Below are positions 1 to 10,205 of a stretch of 64,000 bases of DNA, piece by piece. Source of the DNA: Promethearchaeota archaeon (GTDB lineage: Archaea; Asgardarchaeota; Heimdallarchaeia; Hodarchaeales; Hodarchaeaceae); assembly GCA_048938105.1 (NCBI GenBank), contig JBHLMN010000008.1:160001-224000 (forward strand). Direction: 5' to 3'. The notes below the pieces were generated by a model. That model was not told where the DNA came from and did not search any database. It saw only the letters and a list, made by a program, of their open reading frames with translations. The translations under genes were made by a program, and so were the position numbers. Each line of letters begins with the position of its first letter. Position 1 is the stretch's first letter.

Positions 1-2
1 CT

Positions 3-3000
3 GTTGCTTACATAAATAAGACATTACATTCAACTCCAAGTATGGAAGTCTTCTTCCATTATTTTCCAGTAACAGTTCCAATTGATAAAGGATCATGGTT
101 AGCTATTTTCGATTCAGATAATACTCTTATTAGAAACATTACAGTATATGCCTTGGAACCAAACGGCGTTAATCCATGTAGTTCGAACATAATTACCAAT
201 AGCCTTTTTTACATTAAAAATGGAAAAGTTGAGTTTTATCCTGATACAAATATTCAGGGAGGGTTTATCGCAATGGATTTCGATTCTGATGTTCGATGGA
301 AGACTGCAATGAGTTTTGGAGCCAGTGCTATTATCTTTATCGAACCAGAAATCAACATGACTAAAGGAATGGCTTTGGGAAAATCCACACCGACTCCTTT
401 GAATGTTCCCAGGGTTATGATTAAACAAAGCGACTGGAATCTCCTTCAACCACTTTTATCTAATCATAAATACCAATTAAAAGTGAACATGAATTGGGAA
501 AAGCGCCAAGGGATAAATATTCTTGGTTTTCTCAATGCAACGAAAAACATAGCTCCAGATGATACTACCACTATCGAAGATAGCAGAAAAGGGCTATTTC
601 TTATGAGTCATTTTGATACTTATTCGATTATTCCCTCGCTTGCGCCAGGTGTGAGTGATTTGGGAGGTATAGCAACTATGCTAGAAATGGCTCGGAAATA
701 TGGAGTAAAAGCATCACAAGGGGATTTAAAGCGTAATATCTTCTTTTTAGCATTATCAGGCCACTATCAGTCTTTAGCTGGTTCCCGCTATTTTGTTGAG
801 GATTATATGTTTTCTAACGATGATTTCGACGATGACAGGGTATCAAATCCACAGGATGAGGGATTCAGAAATCCTCTAGCGGAACAAATGTGGTTCGGAA
901 TAAATTTAGATTTAACTGGTGACTATAACCTTGCTTCTCCTTTTGCTTATGGTTATTATTACTCTCAATTCTTACCCTATTTGACAGCTGCCAATAGGCG
1001 ACCAGCAGACATGGTACAACGCTATTGGTCCGACTTTGTTGGGAACTGGAGCTCCTACGTTCAAGATGGTCTTCCACCTGAAGAATATACCTTTTTTTCA
1101 ACAGAATTACTTAGTTCTGAACGAGGAACCTTAGATTTTGATCATTTTCAGGATTATATCACAAATCTATATTGGCTCGATTCTGAACCATTTTGGGTTT
1201 CAGGGACAACCAGCATTTCATTAATGACGATCTTTTCATCCAAACAATACAGTAATACCCCTTCTGACACAATTAATTCCTATGGTGGATTAACAGAATT
1301 CGTCGATAATTTAGTTCCTCAAATTGCGATTACTATATACTTAACTGATGAAACAATTAACGATTTCTTTGTCACAAGTGGTGAAACAGATCCAAATCTT
1401 GTTCATGAAGTAAGAAGACAAGGCGCTAGTTGGGCCGAATTTTGTAAATTGTATGGGCGAATAGTCGTTTTTCCACAAGCCAAAGAAGATACGATTAATA
1501 TCAACGCTTCTTGGGTGAGTACTAACATATCGAAAGATGAGGCGGATTTATATGAGCGATCAATCAACCAATCAATTGATGGGCATTTTCTCGTCCAAAT
1601 AACCCATCGAAGCGGTGTTACATATGGGGTTTCAGAGATTATTATGGCTGATGATGATACAGGATTCTTTAATGTAACAGGTCTTCATAACAGAAATATG
1701 GGAGGATTAGCCTCGGGTGGATCTTTTAGAATTGAAATTTTTTATTTAACAGATAAAGGTCAAATCTTGTATGTCACTGATAGAGGTAATTTTGGTACCC
1801 CATCAACACTTGTAGTGAACCGTCCGATACTAGGTGACCCTAGATTTCGTGAAGGCGTTCACCGTCAGCTTGGTCAAGAAAGAATTGACTATGCAGTATT
1901 TGAATGTGGTAGCTTGGCGATTTACAACGTTTTAAATCCCCGAAATTTACTTGATCCACAAAGTGAATCAACAGTTAACCGTCAAGCTGATAGAATTACA
2001 GTTACAGAAGTATTCAATTATAACGTGATCGAAGTTGGAACAGGCTCTCAACCCCAACGATTTTTTGCCTCATTCGATCCTTATGGTAACGCAATGGTTT
2101 TTGCGAAAGGAGACGAACCTATTCGAATACGAGTTTTTGGAGGTGAAGAGTATCCAATTGCTGTGTTAACAAACTCAACCAATCAGGATATTCAAGGTCT
2201 AGGTTTGAGAACACAGATAGGTACAATCACACCTATATATCATGCGATTTATAAATCCACAAAAGATTTCTGGGTAATTACTGAAGACCGAATAACTCGG
2301 ATGAAAGCATTTAATGTTCATAATCCATCAGCAGAAGAAACACATCAACGAGCAACGGAATTACTACTCGTTGCTGAAGATGCTCTTTTTGCTTCTGATC
2401 CAGATTATTACACATATTATATTAATATAATAAATGCTTATTCCCTTGAAAGAGAAGCTTATGCTTCAACAAGGTCCGCCATGCTAAATGTAATTCAAAG
2501 TACAGTCTTCTTTTTCGTACTATTGTTACCATTTGCATTTATATTTGAAAGGTTAGTATTCAATTATAGTGGTTTAAAACGAATTATTTCTCTTGTCGGG
2601 ATATTTATTTTCTTCAATTTATTAATATTTTTCTTTCAACCAGGGTATCATTTAGCCAGTAATGTCTTTATGGTAGGTATTGGTTTTATTATGATAGTAT
2701 TGAGTATTCCTGTCTTAGTAATTCTAGGGAATGATGCCTATAATTATCTACAAGAAGTCAGAAAGAAAGTTATTGGGGAACATTTTGCGGAATTTGGCAG
2801 AATCGAAGCTGGTCTTGTGTCTTTTGGGGTAGCTATTAGTAATCTTCGCAAACGACGATTTTCAACGGCATTAACAGTTATATCTATCACATTGATTACT
2901 TTTAGCCTAGTGAGTTTCGTTTCTGTTTCCTCTGCTGCAGAGGTAAGAGCTACTCCTTTAAAAGCTGATTATATTGGATATAATGGCCTTTTAATACAGA

Positions 3001-4592
3001 GAATTGGTGTAGGACGACAAAAACTATCGTATGACTTGCTTGATTATCTTGAGGCTTATAATATACCTGGAAATAATGTTTCAGTCGTCCCAAGGATTTG
3101 GTCAGATCCATTACAAGGTTCAAATTGGTATATTATATCAGAATATGAAGGAAAATTCTCAAAAGGGAATATTGGTGCAATATTAGGACTTAAACCTCAG
3201 GAGATAGATTTTCTAGACTACAAGTCTATCCTCATCGGTGAATGGTTTTCAAATGAGTCATATAATGAGGTTATTCTACCAACAAAACTAGCTAACATAC
3301 TATTTACTCAAGGGGTAAATGAAACAATTGGACAAGAGATCCACGTTCGTGGAGTGGATTTAAAGGTTGTTGGCTTGATAAACACTTCTAAACTGATACA
3401 ACCCCTTAATGAGACTTTTGATAACCTAGCAAGAACATTAGACCAAGAGGATATAACTCCAATCAGTGATAAAGGTAATCATTTTAGTCTTGATGAAACT
3501 ATCATCATTCCTTTCAATTTAGCAGCAGATAATCCTTGGAACTCTTATAAAAAAGGGATATACCTTAGTCTGGCTCAAATTGCACTTAAATTTGAATCAG
3601 ATATTACTTGGGATGAACTCCAAGATATTACCATAAATCTTCGAAAATCATTGCCTCTATTAGACATCTATATTGGTTTACAACAACCAACCGACAAAAA
3701 TCCATTTGCAGGTATTTATGCAGAATATAGGAAAGGTCAATCGTTCCAATTAATTGGTATTGAGACATTGATTATTCCTGTCATTATTGCTGTCTCTGTT
3801 GTTGCAGGTACGGTTCTCTCGGCGGTTCAACAACAATTGAAGGAGATTGAAGTTTATAATGCTCTTGGACTTTCACCAGAGAACGTTGGATTTATGTATT
3901 TTGCTCAGTCCTTAGTCTATGGCTTATTGGGAGGAGTATTTGGTTATTCCATCGGTATGGTTATTTTGGCATTTCTGGAACAATTTTCTCTTCTACCAGC
4001 CACTTTTGTCCCAAATTATACAGGTTTCTCAGTAATCTTAGCGATTGGCCTTAGTATTGCTTCAGTCATTGTTGCAAGTATCATTCCTATTCGAAAAGCG
4101 GTGTTATTATCTCTTCCTAGTTTACAACGTAAATGGCAGATTGCTACAAAGCCAGAAGAAGATACTTGGTTGGTTCCTTTTCCCTTCTCTACTGCTTCCT
4201 TAGATGAAGCTCAAGGCGTGATCCACTTCTTATGGGAATACTTTGAATCCCATCGTAGTGAAGGAATTGGTTCGTTCGCGGTTCTTGAAAGCCATATAAA
4301 GGTTATAAGTAAAAAACGGATTGAATTCATTGGTCAAACACGTTTAGCACCTTGGAACTGGGGAATCGTTCAAGACTTCAATATAGTTACAGAATATAAC
4401 GAGGAAGAAGAGAAATATCTTTTTGAAAACACTATTAACCGAATTTCTGGTGAACGAGGAAAATGGGAAAAGGTTAACGAAAAGCGATTCTTCAGAGACA
4501 TAAGAAAACAATTGCTACTTTGGAGAGGTATTGATCTAAAGAAAAGAGAATATCATATTGAAGAAGGTAAAAAATTGATTGGAGAAATCTAA
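3..4592 (+). CDS. Giant membrane protein: PA/M28-peptidase-like extracytoplasmic domain fused to MacB/FtsX-like ABC permease domains (probably 5'-truncated by the window edge)
   Basis: The frame is open from nt 3 to the ORF-track ATG at 42. M28-like motifs SHFD, APGVSDLGGIATMLE, LSGHYQSLAGS and INLDL are present. There are two TM bundles with FtsX-like 'NLRKRRFSTALTVISITL' and 'KEIEVYNALGLSP...YFAQSLVYGLLGG'. Confidence 0.75.
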   Translation, partial: VAYINKTLHSTPSMEVFFHYFPVTVPIDKGSWLAIFDSDNTLIRNITVYALEPNGVNPCSSNIITNSLFYIKNGKVEFYPDTNIQGGFIAMDFDSDVRWKTAMSFGASAIIFIEPEINMTKGMALGKSTPTPLNVPRVMIKQSDWNLLQPLLSNHKYQLKVNMNWEKRQGINILGFLNATKNIAPDDTTTIEDSRKGLFLMSHFDTYSIIPSLAPGVSDLGGIATMLEMARKYGVKASQGDLKRNIFFLALSGHYQSLAGSRYFVEDYMFSNDDFDDDRVSNPQDEGFRNPLAEQMWFGINLDLTGDYNLASPFAYGYYYSQFLPYLTAANRRPADMVQRYWSDFVGNWSSYVQDGLPPEEYTFFSTELLSSERGTLDFDHFQDYITNLYWLDSEPFWVSGTTSISLMTIFSSKQYSNTPSDTINSYGGLTEFVDNLVPQIAITIYLTDETINDFFVTSGETDPNLVHEVRRQGASWAEFCKLYGRIVVFPQAKEDTININASWVSTNISKDEADLYERSINQSIDGHFLVQITHRSGVTYGVSEIIMADDDTGFFNVTGLHNRNMGGLASGGSFRIEIFYLTDKGQILYVTDRGNFGTPSTLVVNRPILGDPRFREGVHRQLGQERIDYAVFECGSLAIYNVLNPRNLLDPQSESTVNRQADRITVTEVFNYNVIEVGTGSQPQRFFASFDPYGNAMVFAKGDEPIRIRVFGGEEYPIAVLTNSTNQDIQGLGLRTQIGTITPIYHAIYKSTKDFWVITEDRITRMKAFNVHNPSAEETHQRATELLLVAEDALFASDPDYYTYYINIINAYSLEREAYASTRSAMLNVIQSTVFFFVLLLPFAFIFERLVFNYSGLKRIISLVGIFIFFNLLIFFFQPGYHLASNVFMVGIGFIMIVLSIPVLVILGNDAYNYLQEVRKKVIGEHFAEFGRIEAGLVSFGVAISNLRKRRFSTALTVISITLITFSLVSFVSVSSAAEVRATPLKADYIGYNGLLIQRIGVGRQKLSYDLLDYLEAYNIPGNNVSVVPRIWSDPLQGSNWYIISEYEGKFSKGNIGAILGLKPQEIDFLDYKSILIGEWFSNESYNEVILPTKLANILFTQGVNETIGQEIHVRGVDLKVVGLINTSKLIQPLNETFDNLARTLDQEDITPISDKGNHFSLDETIIIPFNLAADNPWNSYKKGIYLSLAQIALKFESDITWDELQDITINLRKSLPLLDIYIGLQQPTDKNPFAGIYAEYRKGQSFQLIGIETLIIPVIIAVSVVAGTVLSAVQQQLKEIEVYNALGLSPENVGFMYFAQSLVYGLLGGVFGYSIGMVILAFLEQFSLLPATFVPNYTGFSVILAIGLSIASVIVASIIPIRKAVLLSLPSLQRKWQIATKPEEDTWLVPFPFSTASLDEAQGVIHFLWEYFESHRSEGIGSFAVLESHIKVISKKRIEFIGQTRLAPWNWGIVQDFNIVTEYNEEEEKYLFENTINRISGERGKWEKVNEKRFFRDIRKQLLLWRGIDLKKREYHIEEGKKLIGEI

Positions 4593-4598
4593 TGTAAG

Positions 4599-5327
4599 AT
4601 GAATGTGTTTGTGGATAAAGTGACCTCTACTGAAAGTGTTCCATTGAAGCAAGCTCCATTATTTGTCAAAAAGCTTGATGGGCTTGGATATCTAGGAAAT
4701 TGGCATCAAGTCCGCGGAACGATCTATATCACATTGCAAAACTTACCAGGAGCAATTTTAAGGTCCTTGACTATTTCAAAAAAACGGATAGGGGTAGCAG
4801 AAAATATCTGGGTATTTTCATCTCATCTTCCCATCATAAATCCAAAAATAATGATTGAAAAGCGGGAATATTTTAGGAATTTGTTTCAACGTTTAAAAGG
4901 GGAAGAATGTATGTTAGAGTGGGAGGGTATTATATCGAGAAAAATGCAATGGCGAAAAAATCCTCAACTATCAAAGTTTTTTTCTAAAATGGATAAAAAA
5001 CCATCGAATTTACTAATGAACACTCTCATTGCTGAAAGCAGGATTTCAGATTTAACAAAGAAATTAAAACCTGATAGAATCATAATATCTGTTTCAGGGG
5101 GTGTTATTCCTCCTCCAATTGAGGGAGCAAAATTTGAGTATTATTCTAAAAGACAGTCCGATCTCTTCAATAATCCGATTGAATGTACTTGGTATACACA
5201 AATTAAGAAACAGTTCTATCTAACTAGAAGGATATCAAAAGCTCTTGAATATATTTTGTTATTATTAGACAAAATCATGGAACAACAGTTAAGAGTTACA
5301 CGAAAAATTTCCGAGGAGTTGATATGA
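4599..5327 (+). CDS. Hypothetical soluble basic protein (242 aa) within the membrane operon
   Basis: Long ORF packed 6 nt after the upstream stop and 0 nt before the next start; no recognisable motif. Confidence 0.6.
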   Translation: MNVFVDKVTSTESVPLKQAPLFVKKLDGLGYLGNWHQVRGTIYITLQNLPGAILRSLTISKKRIGVAENIWVFSSHLPIINPKIMIEKREYFRNLFQRLKGEECMLEWEGIISRKMQWRKNPQLSKFFSKMDKKPSNLLMNTLIAESRISDLTKKLKPDRIIISVSGGVIPPPIEGAKFEYYSKRQSDLFNNPIECTWYTQIKKQFYLTRRISKALEYILLLLDKIMEQQLRVTRKISEELI

Positions 5328-8150
5328 GTGTCTACAGATCCAATAATAGAAACCTTGGAGCAAATAATTAACAATAGTTTTCCTTTAACCTTCGATACAT
5401 CGTTTCTGATCTGGTCTTCATGTTTTATAGTGATCATAACTTATGGAATTACTCAAATTGTGAACAAATATCTCAAGCATTCAGCTGTTGCTAGAATTAG
5501 TGAATTACAGTTTAAGGGTATAACGATTGTTATTCTCTCCTCTTTCCTGATGACTATCCTCGTTTCATTAGGATTCCCCCTTGGCGCTCCATATGCAGAC
5601 CATCCCCTCTCCATTTTAGATATGCTTACCACAAGCCCGTTAATCATTTTTAATCTCGGTCTTCTTGGCCTTGGTGTGATTTTAGGTTTTATGGTAGGAT
5701 TATTACCGTTCTATTGGATACATAAAAGGGAAAATATAGAAATTATCAAAGAAACTAAATCTGGATCAATCGAAAGAGAACCACAAAAACCTGGAACGGT
5801 TCCGATTATCCCTTTCATTGTCCTTCTAATCTTAATTACAGCAATTATATTTTTTATAGCTGATTTATGGAATACTCATCGTGTAACAGTTCAAGCTTTT
5901 GAAATAGCTTTTTTTATCTATCTTTTTTGTCTTTTTATTGTTGTATCTTATCCTATTGCTAGAATAATATTACTAGCAATTCCTACAAAAAGATTGACTG
6001 AAGCTGGAATCTCCGAAGGTGCTACGTTAATAGCTATAATCGGAGCAATGATTGGTCCTTTCATTGCAGTGTTTGTATTGAATATTACAGCATTTGTAGT
6101 TCCATTCGTTGGTTTAACAACACCTGATATTTCAGTTTGGACATATAATGGAGAATTTACCCATATTATAGGGCCATTGATTCTAGTGGGTGTACTTATG
6201 ATTCTTCATCGTGTCCTTCATTGGGGGGGTTCAAAAAGGGGACTAAATTTTGCTGAGATAGGAATCATATATACTACTCTATCAATCTCGAGTATCTTTG
6301 CTATTATGCCAATGTGGATTATTCGCTTTCTAGTATTTGAGTTCTTCAAAGGTGCTGGCGCAGTTGGAGGGGCAACAGGTTCTTTTATTCCTTCTGTATG
6401 GATTCCATCATGGCCAACAGCTATTGATAATATGGTGTTAGGAGGTGAACCAACTTGGGGATATTGGGTTATTCCAATTCTCTTTTGGTCTTTATATTTT
6501 ATTACTTGGGGAATAGTCCAATTTTCAAGTGCTGTCTTAAACAGACAACAATGGATAGAAGTTGAAAGGCTTAATTTTCCAGTGGCTCAAGCAATAGTAG
6601 AATCCTTCAAAGCGGGGGAGATTGAGGGGCTTGAAGAAAAGAGTAGAGTTTTTGGAATCTCCCCATTTTGGTTAGGAGGTATTTTAGCATTCCTTCTCTA
6701 TATTCCTCGGCTATTGAGTGCACTTTCCGTAAGAGAAATCATTCCTTTTGACTTTTCTGTTCCAGAATTCATGAATTGGTTATACTATGATAACATTGAT
6801 GAACTGGGAATACAAGTAGCACAGACAATTTTCGGTGGAAGTGCAAATCGTGTTACTCTAAATATTAATTTCGCTCCAATATGGATTGCTTTTGCTTTTC
6901 TCGTACCTATCGATATTCTTTTAGGAGCCATTATATGGTATTTTACTTTTTATATTGTTTTACCACCAATCCAAGTTAGTTTGGGTTTATACGACAATCC
7001 CCCAAACCAGGATGTCGGTACAAATTACATATTTGTCGGCCATCGTGCAGGTGCTGTGGGTACGATTTGGGAATTCCCCATACCCATATTTGGAGAAACT
7101 TTGAGTATTGGTGGTCTTTTCCCTCACTTCATTTCCAGAGGAATGTGGATTGGTTTTCCTCTTGCGCTAATCTGGTTTAATAGGCGGTATTTTGGACAAA
7201 CGATTAGAAAAGCATTTGGAAGAGTCCAAACTTCTGATAATGAAGATGATTATCGCTTTGCATATTTAGGTATCATTATTGGAATGCTCATATTAGTTAT
7301 TCTTAACTTGATGTCTGGAATGGGCGAGTTAGCTTTTGTATTTCCCCTATTTTTCTTATTGATTTATTGGACATGGACAAGAGTTCGTGCAGAATCGGGA
7401 TTCATGTCATTTTTCATGATGTTTGGCCCCTGGTACCATGAAATGGAAGCTCTGCCCTATATTTATTGGCACATGACTCCAGAAAGAAATTTTAGTGGTT
7501 TGCCTATTTCAGTAGCAGACACTAATAGTCAACAAATGTCTACATCAGGTATAATGTTCATTTACCTTTCTACAGACAGAGCACTAGGAGCAGCACCTCA
7601 ACCAGCTAGTATGGAAAGCTTCAAATTAGCAGATATGGCTGGTGTTTCTAGTAGGTCTATTTACCCTCTTCAAATTTTAGCTATCATTTTTGGAGTAATA
7701 ATTGTCTTTCCATTGGTAATATGGGGGACTCACTATTTTGGATGGACTAATTTCAAAGAATTTAGCGAATTTGACTTTGGGTTATGGGAAGGAGCTGTTG
7801 GTTCTAATGTCACAGGTGATAAAATCACAGGTCTTCCTCCAGAGTGGCAAGGTTGGATACTTCAGTTCTTATTAGGTATTCCACTGGCATTTTTAATCGA
7901 ATGGGCCCGTAATATGTTCTTGTGGTTCCCTATTTCAGTCCCAGCAATCATATATGGCGATGCTGCAATGACTGGTATGGGTCTCTTTATTCCGAATATT
8001 ATTGCTTATATCTTAAAAGTATTGATTTTCAGATATGGTGGAACCAGGATCTATGAAAAAGTAGCTTTTCCGTTAGCTGCTGGTTTCTTTATTTTTGGTC
8101 TTTCCGCTTTCTGGCTTTCAGAAGGAATTGGACAACACGCAGGTCTATAA
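5328..8150 (+). CDS. Polytopic membrane protein, OPT-superfamily-like (DUF6785/DUF6784-like), with an extra N-terminal TM region
   Basis: Many hydrophobic helices; 'QWIEVERLNFPVAQ', 'RVRAESG' and 'FRYGG..YEK..P.A.G' motifs; SD-like GAGGAG upstream of the GTG start. Confidence 0.65.
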   Translation: MSTDPIIETLEQIINNSFPLTFDTSFLIWSSCFIVIITYGITQIVNKYLKHSAVARISELQFKGITIVILSSFLMTILVSLGFPLGAPYADHPLSILDMLTTSPLIIFNLGLLGLGVILGFMVGLLPFYWIHKRENIEIIKETKSGSIEREPQKPGTVPIIPFIVLLILITAIIFFIADLWNTHRVTVQAFEIAFFIYLFCLFIVVSYPIARIILLAIPTKRLTEAGISEGATLIAIIGAMIGPFIAVFVLNITAFVVPFVGLTTPDISVWTYNGEFTHIIGPLILVGVLMILHRVLHWGGSKRGLNFAEIGIIYTTLSISSIFAIMPMWIIRFLVFEFFKGAGAVGGATGSFIPSVWIPSWPTAIDNMVLGGEPTWGYWVIPILFWSLYFITWGIVQFSSAVLNRQQWIEVERLNFPVAQAIVESFKAGEIEGLEEKSRVFGISPFWLGGILAFLLYIPRLLSALSVREIIPFDFSVPEFMNWLYYDNIDELGIQVAQTIFGGSANRVTLNINFAPIWIAFAFLVPIDILLGAIIWYFTFYIVLPPIQVSLGLYDNPPNQDVGTNYIFVGHRAGAVGTIWEFPIPIFGETLSIGGLFPHFISRGMWIGFPLALIWFNRRYFGQTIRKAFGRVQTSDNEDDYRFAYLGIIIGMLILVILNLMSGMGELAFVFPLFFLLIYWTWTRVRAESGFMSFFMMFGPWYHEMEALPYIYWHMTPERNFSGLPISVADTNSQQMSTSGIMFIYLSTDRALGAAPQPASMESFKLADMAGVSSRSIYPLQILAIIFGVIIVFPLVIWGTHYFGWTNFKEFSEFDFGLWEGAVGSNVTGDKITGLPPEWQGWILQFLLGIPLAFLIEWARNMFLWFPISVPAIIYGDAAMTGMGLFIPNIIAYILKVLIFRYGGTRIYEKVAFPLAAGFFIFGLSAFWLSEGIGQHAGL

Positions 8151-8168
8151 TGATGAGTTGATGATTTT

Positions 8169-10199
8169 ATGGCAGAAATTGATACGTCTCCTGAGAACAA
8201 TGAAACAATTGAAGAACAGGAAGGATCAGAAGAAGAATTACTTCCAACATTTAGGGAGGATCCCAAATGGAAGAGTGGTGCGAGTTGGAGGGTTGGATTA
8301 GCAATTATTTATGGGACTATTGTTCTTCAACCAGCTTCAATTTGGCTGAGTTGGACCGTAGGTTTACAACCTTGGCAACTTATAAGTAGTTTTGAGTATA
8401 GTGCAATCCTTCTGTTTGCAACTCTTGCAGCAAGATCGGGCAAAGACCTTAGTCGTCAGGAAGCATTTGTTCTATTTTCAAATGTAGGAACTACAATCGT
8501 TGAAGCTCTTGCCGCAAATTTAATCTTCTTTTACTATTTCACAAGAAAATCTCCTGCAGCTCTTCAATGGGGATTCAGTTTTGAAGGTGCAAATCCTGCT
8601 CCAGACTGGTTTGCTCCTATAGTTGATATCGGACGAACTTTTCTAGATATAGCTTGGATACCCTCCATATTATTATGGATCATTATCTTCGGGATTTTAG
8701 TAAAATTAGTTGATTTATCAGTTGGATTCTTAGCGTATCAACTCTTCGTTGTTGAGGAGCGACTTCCATTTCCTGGAGCTCAAGTATGGGCTAATGCTTG
8801 CATCACAATAACGGAAAAAGCCAAAATGCCTCGTAAAGGACGAGTTTTAGTCTTTTCATCAATGATCGGGATTGCGTTTTCTTTAATCTTTCATGCAACT
8901 TGGATTCTCACAGGATCACCGCTTTTAATAAATCCCTGGATGGATATGACTGGAGTCTTAGAATCAGTAGGAATGGAAGGTGCAAGTTTCGGCTTGTTAC
9001 TTGATCTAATTTTGTTCGCAGGAGGCTTCGTCATGCCGTTTAAAATGGCTTTTTCAATTTTTATTGGTGGTTTCATTGGATACTTTGTGACAGGAATCCT
9101 AATTAGGCAAAATTTTGCTAATTTAGGTTATCTTTATCCTTGGCGATCTGGTGGATATTTTGATGCTAGTAGGATTTTTGAGTTTTTATTATTACGAATT
9201 TGGTTATCACCTATCTTAGGATTGGCAATAGGTGCCGGGATGGTACCCATTATCAGAAATCGAAAGAAAATTATTGATGGATTAAAGAAATTACGAGATA
9301 TTAAGGATATTCGGGAGCGGACAGACATGATACCCCTTTGGTTAATAATTACGATGTTTTTAATGGGGACAGGTGGTTCAATTCTCATTACTCTGATTTT
9401 GGTTCCTGAATTACTTTATCTCATCTGGTTATTAATTCTCTTATCCGTAGTATGGACATTCTTTTATAATATTGTAAACGCAAGAATCATTGGGGAATCT
9501 TGGGTTGGCTTAAATATACCCTATCTGACTCAAGGAGCATATTATGCTGTGAATTATTCTGGATACAAAGCATTTTTCGCACCGCTATTAGTAGGAGGTG
9601 GTGGGGGTGCTGGACAAGGTGGGATTGCACCTGCAGGGTATGGTTGGGCGAGTGTCTTTAAAGCATGCAGGATGACTGAAACTGACATTAAATCATATCT
9701 AAAGATCTATTTCTTCACCTTTCCTTTAACAATGCTTGTTTCATTTCTGTGGGTTCAAGTTTTTTGGCAATTTTCCGATATTCCATCCCAATTATTCTCA
9801 TACACAGCTGATTATTGGCCAGTTTGGGCACGAACTACTTTAATTTGGCCTTACTTAGCTCTAAATCCTGCTCAACAGGAGTTTCAATTAATACACCTAG
9901 ACTGGTTAGGCTTAGCTTTTATTCTTGGATTCACATTGACCTGGGTGATATCTGTATTTGCACTTCCGTTTGAGATGGTAGGGCTTACTATTGGTCTCGC
10001 ACAACCTATTCTTTTCAGTAGTATTACATTCCTAGGAGCACTCTTTGGTAAACTGATGGAAAGGATTAAAGGAAAAGAATGGTGGGGTGAAAACAAGAAT
10101 GTCATAGCCGCAGGATTTGGATTGGGAGAGGGACTCACAATAGCAATATTTGCAGCTATTGCTCTAATTTTCAAGGCAATGTGGATCTGGCCTATTTAA
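8169..10199 (+). CDS. OPT-like (oligopeptide transporter superfamily) membrane protein
   Basis: Highly hydrophobic; 'VEERLPFPGAQV' motif typical of OPT-like proteins; C-terminal 'AAGFGLGEGL'. Confidence 0.65.
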   Translation: MAEIDTSPENNETIEEQEGSEEELLPTFREDPKWKSGASWRVGLAIIYGTIVLQPASIWLSWTVGLQPWQLISSFEYSAILLFATLAARSGKDLSRQEAFVLFSNVGTTIVEALAANLIFFYYFTRKSPAALQWGFSFEGANPAPDWFAPIVDIGRTFLDIAWIPSILLWIIIFGILVKLVDLSVGFLAYQLFVVEERLPFPGAQVWANACITITEKAKMPRKGRVLVFSSMIGIAFSLIFHATWILTGSPLLINPWMDMTGVLESVGMEGASFGLLLDLILFAGGFVMPFKMAFSIFIGGFIGYFVTGILIRQNFANLGYLYPWRSGGYFDASRIFEFLLLRIWLSPILGLAIGAGMVPIIRNRKKIIDGLKKLRDIKDIRERTDMIPLWLIITMFLMGTGGSILITLILVPELLYLIWLLILLSVVWTFFYNIVNARIIGESWVGLNIPYLTQGAYYAVNYSGYKAFFAPLLVGGGGGAGQGGIAPAGYGWASVFKACRMTETDIKSYLKIYFFTFPLTMLVSFLWVQVFWQFSDIPSQLFSYTADYWPVWARTTLIWPYLALNPAQQEFQLIHLDWLGLAFILGFTLTWVISVFALPFEMVGLTIGLAQPILFSSITFLGALFGKLMERIKGKEWWGENKNVIAAGFGLGEGLTIAIFAAIALIFKAMWIWPI

Positions 10200-10205
10200 G
10201 TTACC

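Noticed and set aside
42-10199. All four operon genes lie in the same reading frame (possible polyprotein/readthrough)
   Set aside because: Expected by chance about 1 time in 27; the third gene ends in TAA TGA TGA and each gene has its own plausible start.
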